Notes under the pieces: model-generated
The model's input: the letters and a program-made list of their open reading frames with translations, nothing else
Databases searched by the model: none
Told to the model about the DNA's origin: nothing
Position numbers and translations under genes: made by a program
Part shown: one piece after another, positions 62,661 to 64,000 of the stretch
Numbering within the stretch: the stretch's first letter is position 1
Layout of the letters: the number at the start of each line of letters is the position of its first letter
Assembly (NCBI GenBank): GCA_003176045.1
Contig: PSRM01000068.1
Span: 60,084 to 124,083 of the forward strand
Length of the DNA stretch: 64,000 bases
Source: Verrucomicrobiota bacterium
GTDB lineage: Bacteria > Verrucomicrobiota > Verrucomicrobiia > Limisphaerales > UBA8199
Direction: 5' to 3'

Positions 62661-64000
62661 TTACTTTCTCAGCGTATTAAACAACTGACGTGACAACCGG
62701 GAAAACCCTATGGCGTTATGCCGGCTGCACAGTCCTTTCGTGTTCCGAATAAAGTCCGGCATATCAAACCTGATGAACGAGCGCTCTCCAAACCTCTGCA
62801 TCGAAGTAGTTTGGCAATCGGAAGGCTTGTTCGCATCCACGCGAACAAAGTATGGCACAAGCAAAGCCTCAGAATCTTGCAATGCCACTTCAAATTGTAA
62901 ACCACGATCATCTACCTCAGTCCGAATCCCCTCACGGCTCAAATACTCCGCCATCTGCAGAGCCAAAGGAAGAACAGTGATGTTTTCCGGCCAGATACGC
63001 AATATAACTGGCGAGAGCCATAACGGTAAGTGAGAAGAAATGCCTTGTGATTCTCGGCGAATAATGCGATCAAAACAAAAATATAGAAAGCGTTCCACTC
63101 CTCCTGTAAATACCGCGTGGATCGTTGCAGGCGTAGTTTTGTCTGAACAGGAGATTCCGAAAGTTTCAGTGATTCGCCTATCAATTTGAAACGTACTTAA
63201 CTCACGGCAGCACCCGGTCGAGTCAACAATGTGGTATTCAACATCAACCTCAACTCCATCTTCGCACAATTCCCCCGGAGGGCTCACTTTTAGAAGAGCG
63301 CGAGCGGAGGAGTCTTTGCAGAGAGTTTTAAAGTATTCTTCATGAGATCGTGCGAATTCGTCAGTGGCACTTATCAGAAGCACAATGGGTGCTTCCATCT
63401 CAGAAAGGGTCGAGAGAATCAACGGGTGGAAACGCAACGACAGATTAACAGCCTCTTCAACCGTGCGCGTATGGATATGTGCTTCTGGGAGATGAAAACG
63501 CCGTAATCTGAAACCGAGCTGCAGTGCCGGTTTTGGCTCGCGGCGAAAACTATCCGAAACCTCGAATAAAGCAAGCGGTAATGAATCCACGGGTAACGGG
63601 CGGTTTAAGCAAGCCGAGTACTTCTGGAAACATGCTGTTTGTCGAAGAACGCAGGTTTGGTCTGTGGTGTTAACCACGTACGGAGAATCACCATAGAGAC
63701 CCGGATGGGTGGAAATCAAGCGCGAGTAATTGCTCATCACAGGAGATGAAACATCAACGACGCTTACACCCTCTACTTTCACTACGGGCACGTCTAGCTC
63801 GCGACAAATTGCGTTTGCTACATCCTCAGAGTTTTTCATTGCCTGACCTAGAACAAAGCTGCTGTAGCCAACAAAACTCATGTGCCCCGGTTCAGTCAGA
63901 CCCTCCCAGCCGCAACCAAATAGTTCTAACAACTGAGATAACCGAGCTGGTTGTATTTCACTCTTACGTCCGAAAATCTGTTGTTGAATAAGAGACTGAA
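62661..64000 (-). CDS. Threonyl-tRNA-synthetase-like class II ligase (catalytic and anticodon-binding domains); N-terminus outside the window
   Basis: Motif 2-like FEVSDSFRREPKP...LRRFHLPEAHIH. Motif 3-like IHAVFTGGVERFLY. LPLWLSPVILRIWP parallels the ThrRS FPxWLAPVQV. I checked that the frame stays open from 63932 to 64000, so the track's TTG start is an artefact. Confidence 0.75.
   Translation of the reverse strand, partial: QSLIQQQIFGRKSEIQPARLSQLLELFGCGWEGLTEPGHMSFVGYSSFVLGQAMKNSEDVANAICRELDVPVVKVEGVSVVDVSSPVMSNYSRLISTHPGLYGDSPYVVNTTDQTCVLRQTACFQKYSACLNRPLPVDSLPLALFEVSDSFRREPKPALQLGFRLRRFHLPEAHIHTRTVEEAVNLSLRFHPLILSTLSEMEAPIVLLISATDEFARSHEEYFKTLCKDSSARALLKVSPPGELCEDGVEVDVEYHIVDSTGCCRELSTFQIDRRITETFGISCSDKTTPATIHAVFTGGVERFLYFCFDRIIRRESQGISSHLPLWLSPVILRIWPENITVLPLALQMAEYLSREGIRTEVDDRGLQFEVALQDSEALLVPYFVRVDANKPSDCQTTSMQRFGERSFIRFDMPDFIRNTKGLCSRHNAIGFSRLSRQLFNTLRK

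Noticed and set aside
63930-63932. TTG start codon given by the ORF track for the ThrRS-like gene
   Set aside because: I checked every codon from 63933 to 63998 in this frame and found no stop. The upstream residues (ARLSQLLELFGCGWEG) still align conceptually with ThrRS, so the gene continues beyond the window.
1-64000. CRISPR arrays, rRNA/tRNA genes, integrase or DDE transposase
   Set aside because: Reading through the window I found no regularly spaced repeats, no tRNA-like T-arm contexts and no tyrosine/serine recombinase or DDE motifs. Absence by eye is not proof.

Overview
The 64-kb window is gene-dense and mostly minus-strand. I found no rRNA, tRNA, CRISPR array, integrase or intact IS. 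The centre (about 9.4-57.5 kb) is the backbone of a conjugative element, either an ICE or a plasmid; its ends are not visible. It contains a VirB/Trb-like type IV secretion block (12.2-21.2 kb) and a cargo module of an ECF sigma factor facing a TPR-CHAT protease operon (21.4-26.9 kb). Next come a Clp-D2-like AAA+ gene translationally coupled to the coupling protein, then a MOBF relaxase-helicase (27.0-32.2 kb). A long, almost uniformly minus-strand run follows (32.6-57.5 kb). It carries ArdC, ParA/ParB, an RHH protein, RadC, DUF932 and a giant N6-methylase/SNF2 helicase. Between these sit uncharacterised modules: an FGE-domain protein with a beta-CASP nuclease, a phosphoribosyltransferase flanked by two paralogous small proteins, and a formyltransferase-like cluster. 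The left flank (1-8.6 kb) is a tightly coupled seven-gene operon: AIPR, a small acidic ORF, a DndD-like ATPase, a 146-aa ORF, a ParB-domain protein, an Mrr-like endonuclease and a PLD-helicase. I consider it the best candidate for an undescribed defence system. The right flank (57.9-64 kb) looks more AT-rich and encodes a five-gene biosynthetic cluster: a ThrRS-like ligase, a TauD-like dioxygenase, two radical SAM enzymes and a transporter. Two 132-nt structured palindromic elements (9195-9326 and 47304-47435) differ by compensatory stem substitutions. All functional calls come from motifs read by eye in the supplied translations or my own hand translation. No database search was run.
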